Both the position numbers and the translations under genes were made by a program. The notes below the pieces were generated by a model, which searched no databases, was not told where the DNA came from, and saw only the letters and a list, made by a program, of their open reading frames with translations. From Eledone cirrhosa (lineage: Eukaryota), in the NCBI GenBank assembly GCA_964016885.1, contig OZ024741.1, positions 269,948,001 through 270,012,000 of the forward strand: a DNA stretch of 64,000 nucleotides, read 5' to 3'. Below, in pieces: positions 37,356 through 50,900 of this stretch (position 1 is the first letter of the stretch; each line of letters starts with the position of its first letter).

Positions 37356-40300
37356 TCAGGCCATTCTTGCCTCTCTCACCCATCTTCCAACAAAATTCTG
37401 GGAAGAGAGCACTTCCCTTTCTACCCTGATTTTCCTTTTCAAATGAAATTTGAAAAAGTCAATCAGGGCATCACCGAAGAGGTAAGTGCTCGTCTTCATC
37501 AGCCCTTTCAAACGTGTCCACCATACTATCTCTTTCGCCATGGCCACCAGACAGATAAAAACTTCCTGCCCTTCCCGGCTAAAGGAAGAGGGCGGGGAAA
37601 TCCTCTCGATGGACTCAGATGATAGCCGGATCCGTCCTACACGCGACAGAAGGTGTTCGACATAAACCCACAAGTCAGCAAAGCTCGGACACTGGACGAG
37701 TGCGTGCAGGACGGTTTCGTCGCCCTGCGCGCATCTCGGATATGCCCGGCTGACGGCACCTCCATGCCTGTAGAGTTTATCCCGAACTGGCAAAGCTCCT
37801 CGGTAGCACTGCCAGGCCAGAGATTTCTGGAAGTTGTCCATAGACCCCGGCCCGAAAGTTCTTCCGAAGAGATTGGCTAGTTGATTTTCGTCGACGCCTA
37901 GAGTTTCCCCAAGTACGTCGTCGCTCTTCCCCTCCACTAATCCTCTATAGAACGCCGAGGTGGAGTTTCCACCGATCACATTGCCCGATTGGTCGAGGGC
38001 TGTGAGCGCCTGAAGACATTCCAGTCTCCAAGCGCTCCCTCTCGGTCTTCGCTTTACCCAGGACTGCAGCTCCGTCAAGGAAGCGAGCTGGGAAAAGACG
38101 CGTCTAGCAAACGGCGACCACACCTGATCACCGTCGAGGAAGAGGTGGAGATGTCGTAGTCTGAGAGCGTGTCTGCGCATCATCAGCCACGGCATGCCCA
38201 GCCCTCCACGTAGCGGGTGTTGACAACAGATGGACCGCCTGACCATCGGAGCGCGTCCCTTAAACAAAAAGCGAAAGAGCAAACGCTCCAGCGCAGTCAG
38301 GCGGGGCTTAGGACAAGGTAAGACGGCCAGGCGGTAACAGATGACGGACGCGATGTACGCGTTAGCCACCTCCGCTCGACCTTTCGGGAATAGCTTCCTC
38401 TCCGCCCATTTCTGGGTGAGAGAAGCCACCCTGCTCGTCCCCTCGTCCCAGTTTTTTTCCGTCTGGAGGTCCGGACCGAACTAGATCCCTAGCAATTTAA
38501 CCGGTCCGTCCGTCCAGCGCCCGACGACGCTGTTGGACGGCATGGACCTGCCTCTCCAGGTGCCGAGCTGCAGGCCCACTGACTTTTCCTGATTGATCAT
38601 TGCTCCTGTCACCGCTTCGTATTCTCTTAGTGTAGTGCCGATCGCCTCGATGTGTTTGGCGTTCGACACCACTACTGTGACATCGTCCGCATATGCTGAC
38701 ACGGATCTTCCGCATCCTAGTTCGCGCGGGACGCCCCTCAACGTCTCCAGTTTGTGCAGTAATGGCTCGAGAGTCAATACGTACAGGAGGGACAAGAAGG
38801 GACATCCTTGGCGGACCGAGCGCATGATGTTGAACGGTTCTGAAAGGTGACCGTTCACTCTCACCACAGAGCAGATGTCGCTGTGCATGGCAGTTTTCCA
38901 GCCTCTGAAGACGAGCCCAAAGCCAGCCGCCTTCAGGGCTGCCGCTAGGTAAGCTTTCGACTGATCTAAATTGATCAAGGACCCACCCGTGCCAGGAACC
39001 CTAGCAACCCTCTCTACGATGTATCGCATGAGGTGGAGGTTGTGGTGGATGGATCTGTCGGGAATGGCGCACGTCTGCGCCTCTCCCACCAGACCACAAA
39101 CGACAAGCGCCAACCTCTTTGCTATCACCTTCGCCAAAATCTTGTGCCTAAAATATGTGCCTGAAATGATCTATGTTATCCTCCTTTCTCAGCAGCGCCA
39201 CCGCTCCTCGGCTCACAGAGCTGGGAATTCTCCCGTTCTGTTGCCAGTTGCAGTAGACGTCCGCCAAGAGGCCTCCGAACGAGTCTGGCATCTGTACGTA
39301 AAGTTCATAGGGCAGACCATCCAAACCAGGCGATTTACCCCTTGTGCAGCCAGTCATTGCCTCCCGTACTTCAGCGGCTGTTATCGGCTTTTCGCAACAC
39401 TCCGCCTCAGTGGCCGAGAGCTGCGGCAGTCCGTCGAGGTAGACACTAAAGTCCATCCCTCGACCCGGCCCGCCGCTTCGTGGGCCACCAAAGACCGGAT
39501 CGTGTCTTTGTTGCCACGACGCGCCTCCGCCACTCAGGCCCATTGAACGGCTTTCGTCCCCTCGTGTCTGAGAGCACGCACCCTAGCTCTGACAACGCAG
39601 CCTTCGTGCTTTACATTGAAGAATTGGTCAAGGGCCAATTTCGCCGCAAGTACGTCGGTCGCGATGCCTTTGCTAAGCGCCTCATCTAATTTTCTAACTA
39701 ATTCTCCCTCTGCTCTATTTTTCTCTATTGCTAAAGTCTTACTAAACCTAATGGACTCTATTCTAATTGCTCTTTTCAGAGCAAACCACCACTTGTTGTT
39801 GACAATGGCCCCCGTCAACGCCCGCTTAACTAGTTCGCTAATCCGGTCTCTGTAGGCCTTGCGCGCTGGTAAGGACGCGTTTAGCTTCCAGTAGCCGGGT
39901 CCTCGTCTATGAAGCCTATCTAAGTCAAGCACACAGATCACGAATTTGTGGTCCGTGTAGCTGACTATCTTGAATTGTGGACAGCCTATGCTAGACCTAT
40001 CTATTTCCCTACAAAATACTCTATCTAGATATGATCTGGATGACCCTATGCGATTTGTCCAAGTCCACATTGGTACATTCGGGAAATCCATTCGGTACCT
40101 GTCAGACAGTTCAAAACGTCTGAGCAGGTTGGTGAGACTCTTGCACCCTCCTTCCCTATCCACTAATCCCACACAATCCCAGCGTGCATCTAAGATCCCG
40201 TTCCAGTCGCCCACTAACACTAAAGAGCGGGACGTTCGAAGAAAGGTCTCCAGACGCCGGAAGAAATCAGGCCGCCCTGCTCCTGTCGGGGCATAGACGG

Positions 40301-40628
40301 CCACTAACCTGAAAGCTTGGCCGTCCCCGCTGGTCACGTCCAGCACCACCAAGTTACCGTCTGGGTCCAGGAAGATGGCCCGTATGGCAAGATCCAAACC
40401 TCTCCGAAAAAGCACAGCAACTCCTCCCCCCGATCCCGGACGGCTGGGAGATGCGTACACATCGTAGCCGCCGAAGATCGGTGCGAAAGCCTGTGCTTCG
40501 GAGATTCTGGTCTCGCTGATGGCCACTACATCTATGTTTAGTAACCTGAGGTCGTTGAGCAGGTGGCCCTGCTTCCATGACGACCCCAAGCCACGCGCAT
40601 TTATGCTGCCTATTCTGAGTGAGGTCAT
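37356..40628 (-). pseudogene. Tx1 ORF2: AP endonuclease, reverse transcriptase and C-terminal Cys/His motif (disrupted)
   Basis: APE motifs SINARGL, SET, VYAP, GDWN, YLDR and YTDH; PGYWKLN; KSPGLDGLPYELY; RT motifs VRQGCP and AYADD; C-terminal CPRC..ETVLHALVQC (intact in the 3' duplicate). The ORF is split into four pieces. Confidence 0.92.
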
Positions 40629-40662
40629 GTTGAAAAGGAGTGGAAAAGATGGGAAAGACCAC

Positions 40663-42695
40663 TTACCTTACTTCTCGTAGGGGAAGGACAGTTTTTCCAT
40701 CCTTTTCACTGCTTGTGGCCTCCTCAGGAAGGATGTCCTTATAAATCCTCCTGGAGAGTGCTTGTCGGAAGTCTCCGATGTCTTTGGGGAATTTTTGCTT
40801 TAGTGTCATGTACGTTTTCTGTGTGATGCGAGTGATTTGTATGTGTGGAGGTGGTGTGAATTTTGGGGTTGTTGTGTAGTCTTTTTCTGTGATGCTGGTG
40901 TTGTGTTGGATGTAGTGTAATAATTGCTTGTTGTTCAAATTTAATGCTGTGTAGTGTGTATCGTTTTGGTTGTTTTGTTTTGTTTGCGTTTGTTGTGGGT
41001 TTGTTTCTGTTTCGCATTTTGGTGACTTTTGTGGTGTAGGTGATGGTGGTGTTGGGGTTAATGATGGTGATGGTGTTGGTGTTTGGGTTGATGGGGTTGG
41101 TGATGCTGGTGTGGATGGTGGCATATCTGTCCTAACTTTTTTGTTTCTTAATTTATTTGTTTCCCTCTGTATTTTGTTTTTGGAGGGGGAAGGAAGAGAA
41201 TTTTTTCTTTTTGGGTTTCTTTTTTTTTTCCGGATATCGTTTCCCACTCCTCGTCGTCACAATCTGTCTCCAGTTGTGATAGGCCGGGGAGTGGAAAATC
41301 CTCCACAGCCGTTAGTTTTGGTTGTGGCGTGGTGGATGGTGTAGGCGCTGGTGCTAGTTCTGAAGCGTTGGGTGATGGTGGTGTTGGTTTTGCTGGTGGT
41401 GGTGTTGGTGTTGGTTTTGTTACTGTTGCTGGGGTTGTTGCTGTTATAGTTGCTTCTGTTGTTGCTGCTACAGTTTTTGCTGCCATCTCTGCTACTGGTG
41501 GTGTTGATGGTTGTGTCACTGGGGTGGGTAGGAGAGGTGGCCTCAACCTTTTAGCCTGAGGGCAGAAAGCCCTTAGGTGGGTTCCTTCACCACAAACGAC
41601 ACACCTAGGTCTTCTGCCCTCGACAATTACCGTGAGGTGGCTGCCGTCAGTGAGGTCTATTACCTCTGGGATCTCCTCAATGCTTTTTTGGTCCGCTTGG
41701 ATCAGGAGCTCCATCCCAGATCCGGACCAGTTCTCCTGCTTTTCTTTTGCTATTGATATTATTTTCGTGTTGGCTTCGATGCCGGCGAGGACAGCCGCTA
41801 TTAGCCAGGGAATTTCGATGGCCGGTGGAACGTGGGTCACCCTGATCTTTACGAGTCTCTGGCCACAATAACTTGGGACGAGTGTGAAGTCGTCACTTCT
41901 TAATGGGGCCATGGAGTGTTCTCTAGCCTCCTCTGGTGTTTCAAAGAACACGTCCACGGTTCCATACTTTTGCCCACGTCTGATGTGGGTTTTTCTTGCC
42001 CACACATGTCCCAAAGCTTTTTGGATTTGGGACTCGGATGCCCGTTCTACTCGGCGCGATTTTACATTTATTGTTCTATACGACACGGTGCATAGGCGCC
42101 GATGCTCCATTTTATTAGGTGGGGGGGTGAGGCTGACCCTGTACCCATCTTTCTTTACCATTTGTTTGGCATTTTCTAAATCCTCCTGAGTTACCGTATA
42201 TGCTTCGAACTGTTTTGCTACTATTGCAAAACTGAGGGGCGTTTTTATAATGTCATTGTTGTTGTTGTTGCTATCGTTATTTGTGTTAATATTAATTTTA
42301 GTTTCAGTTGTGGTGGTGGTGACGTCAGTCGTCTTTGGTGGGGAAGAGTCCATTTTGCTTGATTTCATTTCGACATCACGAGTTAATTTATTTTTTTCTT
42401 CTTTTGTTTCTGTTGTCGCGGTGGTGGTGGTGGTTGTCGCGGTGGTGGTGGTGGTGGTGGTGGTGGTGGTTGTCGCGGTGGTGGTGGTGGTGGGGGCTTT
42501 AACACATGCAGTCATTGGTAATGGCGGGAAATGAATGTCTGCCTGAGACAAATTTAAAATATTGCTAGTGCTTATATTTTTTTTTGTGTTGGCAAACGTA
42601 TTAACATTTACAATGGTGGTGTCGGTGTGAGGTGTTAATTTGTGAGGAAGGCTTTCAGCTGCTTCGTGCAGAGGTGAATTAGCCATTTTTTTCAA
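40663..42695 (-). pseudogene. Tx1 ORF1 (gag-like, CCHC knuckle; frameshifted near 41200)
   Basis: CVVCGEGTHLRAFC fits CX2CX4HX4C, with Pro/Thr-rich linkers, directly upstream of ORF2. Confidence 0.85.
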
Positions 42696-42918
42696 AGAAA
42701 TTTTTTTGATAATAATAAAAGTTTAAATTTTGGGCACAAGGCCCCAATCTTTTTGGGTGTCCTTTTCGGAAAACAATGTATGTGCGCTTATAAACAGTTA
42801 ACAATAAAATTTTCCATAAATGACAATTTTTAACAAACGGAAATAACAAACCTTTGCGGAGCTCACGATGATACGATTTACTACGTGGGTCGCCAATAAT
42901 AATAATAATAATAATAAT

Positions 42919-45900
42919 AAAGAAGTCCTTGAGGCTTTCTACACTGCCATGTACTACCCATCAAATACATCGAATACAGAACAAACATATATCAACTGGA
43001 AAAAGAAACATCCCGAAAACAGAGGCTATATTGACAGTAACAAACTAGCCAATATACGAAGAAATATTGTAAGAAAAAAGTTACTAACTGATATAGAAAT
43101 TGATCAGATCAAGCTAGTAGCACAAAGTCAGCGAAGGGAAAATGAAGCATGTGTCAGTGAAAACGAGGTAAACTGTAACACTTCGAATCCCAGGGTTGGG
43201 GCGGAATCACTGGCAACAGAACAAATTAAAGAAAGGATCGAAAAAGTGGAGGGAGTGCATGCTCAGGATGAAACTCCAAATGAAAATAATGAGATCGTAA
43301 ATGATAAAGAAATGAATGAGAATGAACTTGCCAACTTGAAGGATGAAATTATGATCGAATGGATGAAAATGAAAGAATCTGACATGGGGGAACGAGACAC
43401 CCTCCCTAAGATCCAGAACTCCAAACAGAACCAAAAGATAATACACAAGACTAACATAATTCTCAAAAACATTATCATCACAAACAAACTAAACATTACT
43501 GACTTAAATCATCTCTATTATGCATCGGCTAAAGTCACCACTCACTTATGTGGAGTGAAGATGAAAAAACAAAGGAATTCCCACAAGAAATCTACTTGGC
43601 AAGATAACATCAATCGCCAAATAAACCTTCTCCGATCTGACATAGAAATTTTAACAAACTATAAAGTAGGTGAACATGTTAAACAAACTAAACTTAGAAA
43701 ATTGAAAAAAAAGTACAGTATAAGATCAACATGTGACATAGACATGCTGATAGAAACAATCAAGCAAAAAGTGTCGGCCAAAGCTGCTCGTATAAGACGC
43801 TTTGAAAAATGATCTAGATTCTATAAGGACAATAATATGTTCAAAAACAACCAAAGAAACTTCTACAGAAAAATTGGTAAGTCAACAATAACTGCTAAAT
43901 CAATACCACTCAAGGAGGAAGTGCAAGAATTCTGGGAAAAGATCTGGGCCGAAGAAAAAGTTCATAACATACATGCCCCATGGATAGACAGACAAATGAA
44001 AGATACAGCTCACCTTGAGGAACAAACATGGGAAAATATAACAGTTGAACAGTTGCGCTTGGCTCTAAGAAAAACCAGCAAATGGAAATCCCCAGGAAAA
44101 GACAAAATACAAAACTTTTGGATAAATGCCTTCACAGAGTCTCATGAGCTGTTAGCCCAACTTTACAATGAAATAGTTAAGGAGCCAGAAAAGATACCAT
44201 CATGGCTAGTTAACGGCATTACATTCCTGCTACCGAAGAATGATGAGACAAACAATCCCAAAAATTACAGACCGATAACTTGCTTGACCACAATGTATAA
44301 AATTTTAACATCAGTCCTAACTGAATACACATATGACCACCTGATAACAAATGACCTATTTCCCATTGAGCAGAAAGGGTGTAAACGAGGCTCATATGGC
44401 TGTAAGGATCAGCTTCTGGTTAACAAAATGATACTGGAAGATGTCATAATAGACACAAAAATCTATCGATTGCTTGGATAGATTATAAAAAAGCATTCGA
44501 TAGTTTGCCACACAGTTGGATTGAAAAATGTTTAGAGATTTTCAAAATATCCCCCGTTGTCAGAAGGTTTTTGTCATTCAGTATGAAGACATGGAGAACG
44601 ACACTCCTTTTGAATAGTGAAACAAAATCACTGGAAGCTGGAGAAGTTAATATTAATTGTGGAATTTTTCAGGGTGACTCTTTATCACCGCTTTTATTCT
44701 GCATCGCACTTATACCATTAAGTAAAATGCTCAATGAAACAAAACATGGATATAGAGTCTATGACAAAACCATTAATCACCTGTTCTACATGGATGACCT
44801 GAAACTATTTGCAAAAAATGATGAACAATTGCAAGGGCTATTATCCACTGTGAAGCAGTTCAGTGATGACATTAAAATGGAGTTTGGACTGGATAAATGC
44901 GCCAAAGCAACGTTCACCAGAGGAAAGCTGCTGAAGAGTTCAGACATTAATCTTGATCGGGGGAACGTGATAAGAGAGCTTGGTCAAGAAAAAACTTACA
45001 AATATCTAGGTGTTTGTGAAGGAGACGGAATCAAGCACTCGACAATGAGGGAAAGGATAAGGAAGGAATGTTACCGCAGAGTCAGAGCAATCTTAAGAAC
45101 GGAATTGAATGCAAGGAATAGGATCGATGCCATAAACACGCTTGCCATACCAGTAGTAACCTACAGTTACAATGTCATCAACTGGTCAAGCACAGAGATC
45201 CGTAGGCTCGATACAAAAATCCGAAAATTCTTAACCATGCACAGAATGCATCACCCTAAGGCAGACATAGATAGAATATATCCCCCTAGGAAAGAAGGAG
45301 GACGTGGGTTAATCCAGTTAGACATTGCGTTGAAAACTGCAACAATTGGATTATTCACATATCTAAGGGAATCACATGATTGGATGATCAAACTCGTTTT
45401 GAAACACGAAAGCACCAAAAGATCATATTCCATTACAAAAGATGCACAAAGATACAGTAATGGACTACAAATTTCAGAAGTCCCATTTACTGCTGAAATG
45501 GAAAACACAGAAAAAGCAAAGCAGGTAAAAGTAACTGCAAAGAAAGAACTGCTACAGAAACTGGCTAAGAAATGGCAAGAAAAGCCTCTGTATACCCAGA
45601 GCGAGCTAATAATCCTTATGTTGACAAAACTTTAACCCATCAGTGGTTGGCATCCTCTGGACTGAAATCAGAGACTGAAGGACTGATTATATCGGCACAA
45701 GATCAGTGTCTGCCAACAAAAAATTACCAAGCCAACATAATAAAAAATGGGTGCAGCCCATTATGCCGTGTATGCAAAAAACAACCAGAGACCATTGACC
45801 ATATAATTTCAATGTGCAGTCATATAGCTCCAACCGAATACCTAAGCAGGCATGACAGAGCTGCACAATACATACATTGGATAATGTGTAAGCATTTTGA

Positions 45901-46469
45901 CCTGCCCCATCAAAAGAATTGGTGGGAGCATCAACCACCTCCCATACTTGAAAAAGATCACATCTCAATCTTGTGGAACTTTAGCATCCAAACAGACCGA
46001 AAAATAGATGCAAATAGACCTGATATAATATTGAAGGACTTTCAAAGGAGGGTATGCCTGCTAATTGATATGTCTGTTCCAATAGACAAGAATGTATCTA
46101 TAAAAACATTTGAAAAATTGAGCAAGTATAAGGACCTGGAGATAGAAATTGGAAAAATCTGGAAATTGAGAACTAAAACAATACCAGTGGTTGTAGGCGC
46201 TCTGGGAATGACACCTAAGGGGTCTAACGACTACTTATCGCAAATCCCAGGAAACCCGCGTATAGGAGAAATACAAAAGATAGTACTAATGGGAACTGCC
46301 CATATACTAAGGAAGATCCTGTCAATATAAGTACATCACAAGTCTAAACACTAAGGATGCATGTGTGAATATGTATGTTCTTTCTTGAACATGGCGGACT
46401 TGTTGTCTCTTGAGGTCACTGGTTGTGACTTGGTGATAACTCGTATGAACATAAAGCAAGATAAATGCA
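42919..46469 (+). mobile_element. R4/Dong-clade retrotransposon, family 1 (5'-truncated; one stop and two frameshifts)
   Basis: [44 protein letters not shown] and RPDI..IDMSVP..KLSKYKDL. (AAT)n lies on both sides (42895-42919 and 46470-46549). Confidence 0.92.
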
Positions 46470-46549
<80 letters not shown>

Positions 46550-46714
46550 GGGAAGAAGACGCACGAGGTGACGGAGGTCATGAAATCGCTCCCGTAAGTT
46601 TTGAATTTTTAACATATTTAAATCATTTGTGAAATAACAACTCTTAGTACAAATGCTACGTAAAGCACCCGGCTTGAGCCCCAAAAAAATTCGGACCCAA
46701 AATATATTGTTATA

Positions 46715-47358
46715 AGGCTCAAATATTCAAATATTCAACTTTGTATTGTACACTGTATATCCAAAAAAAAAATGGCTATAAATGGAAGAAGAAGAACCCC
46801 CCCCCCTCCTCTCCTCTGGCTACTCTATATAGGACAGCTAAACTCACCAACACCAGAAACTAGATACACCACCCACCCCATCATCTGTGTACACTGAACA
46901 CAACAGCATTTTCACCTTCACCGCCACCGCTCACTACGGCCATCATTACCACCACTATCCCATCACCGCCGCCACCACCCCTTGACTCCTTCACTGCTGC
47001 TGCCACCGCTACAGCACCATCACTACAGTAATACGGCTCAAATATTCAAATATTCAACTTTGTATTGTACACTGTATATCCCAAAAAAAATAAAATGGCT
47101 ATAAATGGAAGAAGAAGAACCCCCCCCCCTCCTCTCCTCTGGCTACACTATATAGGACAGCGAAACTCACCAACACCAGAAACTAGATACACCACCCACC
47201 CCATCATCTGTGTACACTAAACACAACAGCATTTTCACCTTCACCGCCACCGCTCACTACGGCCATCATTACCACCACTATCCCATCACCGCCGCCACCA
47301 CCCCCTGACTCCTTCACTGCTGCTGCCACCGCTACAGCACCATCACTACAGTAATACG
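46715..47358 (+). repeat. About 320-bp direct tandem duplication upstream of the intact R4/Dong ORF
   Basis: ggctcaaatattcaaatattcaactttg...cactacagtaatacgg occurs twice, nearly identical. Confidence 0.9.
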
Positions 47359-47928
47359 GTCGCATCACCGCCACCACTGCCTCGGTATCGACATCACCAC
47401 CACCACTGTCTCAGTATCGCCAACGCCGCCAGTCTCTGCTGGCTACCACTTCCACATTATAGAATTCCTACTACTAACAAAGAGGAAGGCATCAAAATAT
47501 ATAGATAGACTCAAAAGAAAAAAGAAAAAAGAAACAACAAAAGCAGCACAGCAACAACAGTAAAAAACGAGAAAAACAGAGAAAAACAAAAACAAAAAAA
47601 GAAACCCCAAAAACGTAAAGAAAATAAGAATGAAGAGAGAAGCAGGCGGACGGACAGAGAAGAGGGGCGAAAAAGTAAAACTTAAAAAACAAAAACTAAG
47701 TCAGACATTCGAATACTACATTACAATGAAACTTATGCTTATTCATTTTTGGGGCCCTTTCTGTCCGTGTGTTTGTTTGTTTATGTGTGTCCGTATACAG
47801 CGTGGTGATAATGCCACACAAGGGCCAAGTGGGATGGCGGATCCACAGATGGCTATGTAAACATACATTCGCCAATCCTCGATAAGAGTGTTTAAATATC
47901 GAACATAAACAGTTCGAATAACGGTGAA

Positions 47929-50900
47929 ATGGAGACTAGAACGTCATGTGACAGACTCTCACCCAACAGGTGCCCCCTGGCTCAGCAGCAGGAACCTGAC
48001 TGTCAACCAAATACTGCTGATGTTGGAGGAAGAAGAAGAAGGAAAGGGGCCAGAACCAACTGGACGAAAGAATTGAATAGAACTGTTATGCAATGCTACC
48101 TGAAAAGTAACCCCAAGGAGAGGGGCTACAGGAGACGGATGCATAACATCTGGAACGAGATTGGTTTATTTAAATTAGATGAACAAAAATTGGCCGGGCA
48201 GGCTCGGGTAATAAGAACTAATGGGTGGATAAGCGAGCTGGAACTGGAGGAACTGAGCAGAGAGAATGGCTTGGAGATGGCGGGTGTAGTATGCCAGACA
48301 AGCGAGACGGCGGGAAATGAAGGTGAGGAGGTCCTGAGAACGGAGGAACCACCCGAAGCAGACAATGATCTGAATACTGAGATAAATAATACCTGGAACA
48401 GAGAAACGGCCACTGAGGAGATGAATGCTGACGGGCTAGGACAAGATTCGGTTGACATCCTAAATTTAGTGGTAGATGAGTTGAACAATGATAGTGGGAG
48501 ACCTATGAACCTAAGATTTGTAGACAGGAAAAAGTTAAAAGAAACAACAGCTAAGGTAAACAAAGTCATCCCATACCTTGAGGCGAGGAGTCTTCACCAG
48601 TGCAACAATATCCTCAAAGCAACAGCAAATACGGTGAGGAAACTACTTGGTATAAAAGCGAGAGGAAACAACAGACAAGAAAGAGCAGAGCCGTGGTGGA
48701 AGAAGCGACTGAGTGGGCAAATCGGGGAAATGAGAAATGACATAGGAAAGCTTGAGTCACTACTGAATGGGACACTAAAAAACATAGGCACTAAAAATAG
48801 ACTGGAAATAAAATACAAAACTAGGAGTAAAAAGCTAAATATTATCATAGAGGAATTGAAGCAACGCATTGTAGCAAAGAGTGCCAAAATCAGGCGATAC
48901 GAGAACAGAGTCAGTCAGTATAAACAGAACCGCATGTTCGACAACAACCAGAAGATGCTGTTTGGACAGCTTGAGGGGAAAGAAAGAGGCAACGACTTGA
49001 TCCCTGGGGCGGAACAAGCTAAAACATTCTGGAGAGGAATATGGGAGCAGGATGTTAGACACAATGCCCAGGCAGGGTGGATTGAGACAGTACAGAGGGA
49101 GATCGGTGAGCAGGCACAGCAACAGACTGATTTGAGTATCACAGTTGAAACTCTTAAGGGGCAAGCCAAAAAACTAACCAACTGGAAATCACCAGGCCCA
49201 GATGGTGTGCAGGGGTATTGGATTAAACATTTAACATCCCTCCACCCGAAGCTGACGGCCATGTTCAATGACTGCTTGGTGTCGGGTGAGGTGCCAGAGT
49301 GGTTGACAAAAGGTACCACAGTTCTGATAATGAAAGACCGAATCAAGGGTAATGATGTTACCAACTATAGACCTATCACATGTCTGCCCGTAATGTGGAA
49401 ACTGTTGACGAGCATTGTATCTGAGGAAATCTACCATCACCTCCACACAAACAACTTGTTGCCGGACGAACAGAAAGGATGCCGAAAGAAGTCACGTGGT
49501 ACAAAGGACCAGTTGCTTATTGATAAGATGGTAATGGGGAATTGCAGGAGGAGACACACTGATCTTGCCATGGGATGGATAGACTACAGAAAGGCATTTG
49601 ACATGGTGCCTCATTCCTGGATCACCAAAAGCCTGGAGATCTTCAGGGTGGCAGATAACATCAGACAGTTGCTGGGCAGGAGTATGGGGTCCTGGGAGAC
49701 AGAGTTGACATCAACTGGAGTATCCTTGGGAAGCGTGAAGATCAAGAGAGGTATCTTCCAGGGAGATAGCCTGTCCCCTCTGTTGTTTGTCCTTGCCCTG
49801 ATGCCCTTGACCATTATGCTGCGAAAAGTGAGAGCAGGATACAAGTTGGGAAGGGGAGAGCTTACCATCAATCACCTCCTCTTCATGGACGATCTTAAGC
49901 TCTTCGGGAAAAGTGAGAAGGAGTTGGATGTGCTTGTTGACACTGTCCGTATTTTCAGCAGTGATATATGTATGCAGTTTGGTATTGGTAAATGTGGAGT
50001 CATTGTGATGAGGAGGGGTAGGTTGAGCAGAAGTAACGGGATCCAGATACCTACAGGTGAGATGATAAAGGAAATTGACTCTGAGGAAGGATACAAGTAT
50101 TTGGGCGTTCTGGAGGCTGATGGCATAAAGAACAAAAAAATGAAGGAATTGTTAAGAACTGAATACATTCGGAGAGTAAGGAGCGTATTGAAGTCACATC
50201 TGAACAGCAGAAATGCCATAAGCGCAGTAAATTCCCGAGCTGTGTCTATTATTAGGTACAGTGCGGGAATTCTGAGATGGAATGTTGCTGAACAAAAAGA
50301 AATGGATAGGAAGACTAGGAAGCTATTGACTATCTACAACATGTTCCACAAGAGGAGTGATGTCGATAGACTCTACCTAAGGAGATCTGAGGGTGGAAGA
50401 GGTCTTATCAGCATAGAGGACTGTGTTCAGATGAAGAAAAACAACCTATACAAATACGTGACCTATAGTAAGGAGCCAATGCTCAGAGCTGTACTGAAGG
50501 AGGGGACAGTAGGCCAGGGGATACCCAAGGAGGAAATAACATCAAGGAGGAAGAGCAGCCTTAAGGGAAAATCCCTTCATAGTACCTTCTTTGAGAAAAC
50601 TGAATTTAGAGATCCACAGACATGGAACTGGTTGAGAAGAGGAGACCTCAAAAAGGCTACAGAAGGAATGCTAATGGCTGCGCAGGAGCAGGCCCTCAAA
50701 ACGAAGTGGTTGAAGCACCATATCTACAAGGAGGAGGCTAGCCCACTGTGCAGGATCTGTGGAGAGAGAGAGGAGACTGTGGCTCACATTGTGTCCGAGT
50801 GTAAACACCTAGCCCAGACCCACTATAAGGGCTGGAGACACGATGTGATGGGCAGGGTGATCCACTGGCACCTGTGCAAAGTAAACAATCTACCACATTC

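Larger units (their letters stand above)
36499..42894 (-). mobile_element. Full-length degenerate Tx1-clade (L1 group) retrotransposon inserted in (ATT)n, with a duplicated 3' end
   Basis: It has ORF1 plus APE-RT-CCHC ORF2 and (AAT)n directly at both ends. 36590-37185 repeats the C-terminus and 3'UTR of 37186-37766. Confidence 0.9.
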
